A stretch of 64,000 nucleotides of DNA from Scenedesmus sp. PABB004 (taxonomy: Eukaryota): the NCBI GenBank assembly GCA_014905635.1, contig JABVCE010000027.1, positions 124,001 to 188,000 on the forward strand, read 5' to 3'. The notes below the pieces were generated by a model, which was not told where the DNA came from, did no database searches, and worked only from the letters and a program-made list of their open reading frames with translations. Position numbers and translations under genes: made by a program. Of this stretch, positions 63,760 to 64,000 are shown piece by piece. Every line of letters begins with the position of its first letter. Positions within the stretch are counted from its first letter, which is position 1.

Positions 63760-64000
63760 CTACTCGCCGCCGCCGCTCGCGGCCGCCGCACCGCCGCCGC
63801 CGTCGCTCGCGGCCGCGGCCGCGCGCGCCCGCTCAGCGCGCGCCGCGGCCGCCGCGAGCTCGCCGCGGCGCAGCGCGCCAAACGCGGCGCGCAGCACGTC
63901 GAGCCGCCCCACGGCGACGTAGGCGTCGTACGCGACCTCGGCGCGCGGCGTCACGGCCGCCGTGATGAGCGGGGCCAGATAGGACGTTAGGTAGGGCCGC
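63760..64000 (-). CDS. 3' end of an unidentified gene continuing beyond the window
   Basis: Coding-like frame ...RPYLTSYLAPLITAAVTPRAEVAYDAYVAVGRLDVLRAAF...GGGE, TAG at 63760-63762. Confidence 0.6.
   Translation of the reverse strand, partial: RPYLTSYLAPLITAAVTPRAEVAYDAYVAVGRLDVLRAAFGALRRGELAAAAARAERARAAAAASDGGGGAAAASGGGE

Overview
Eukaryotic, gene-dense and extremely GC-rich DNA (visually about 75-80% GC). It has many short spliceosomal introns and TGTAA poly(A) signals, which points to a chlorophyte green alga; Sphaeropleales-like is my inference. The long Ala/Arg/Gly/Pro six-frame ORFs are mostly GC artefacts, so genes were reconstructed by hand from exon fragments and splice sites. About 19 protein-coding loci, in order: homomeric acetyl-CoA carboxylase (about 37 introns), sphingoid-base hydroxylase, R2R3-MYB, thylakoid FKBP, CTD small phosphatase, a small acidic plastid-type protein, CFAP70, TMEM258/OST5, PWP2, isobutyryl-CoA dehydrogenase, CCDC47, ClpD, a CCCH-Angel/CCR4 fusion, a CrtISO-like oxidoreductase, Met-tRNA formyltransferase, GH47 mannosidase, CFAP20, a 52-aa membrane microprotein and one partial gene. 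The best novelty candidate is a pair of intronic hairpins, one in ACC and one in ClpD. They share an identical 47-nt arm while their partner arms have diverged but still pair, which suggests an intronic miRNA family. Also notable: about 15% GC-AG introns, a roughly 290-aa RRLL/extensin-like insert inside the mannosidase catalytic domain, and five single-base deletions in coding regions that are probably assembly errors. Exon boundaries are manual and unverified by transcripts.
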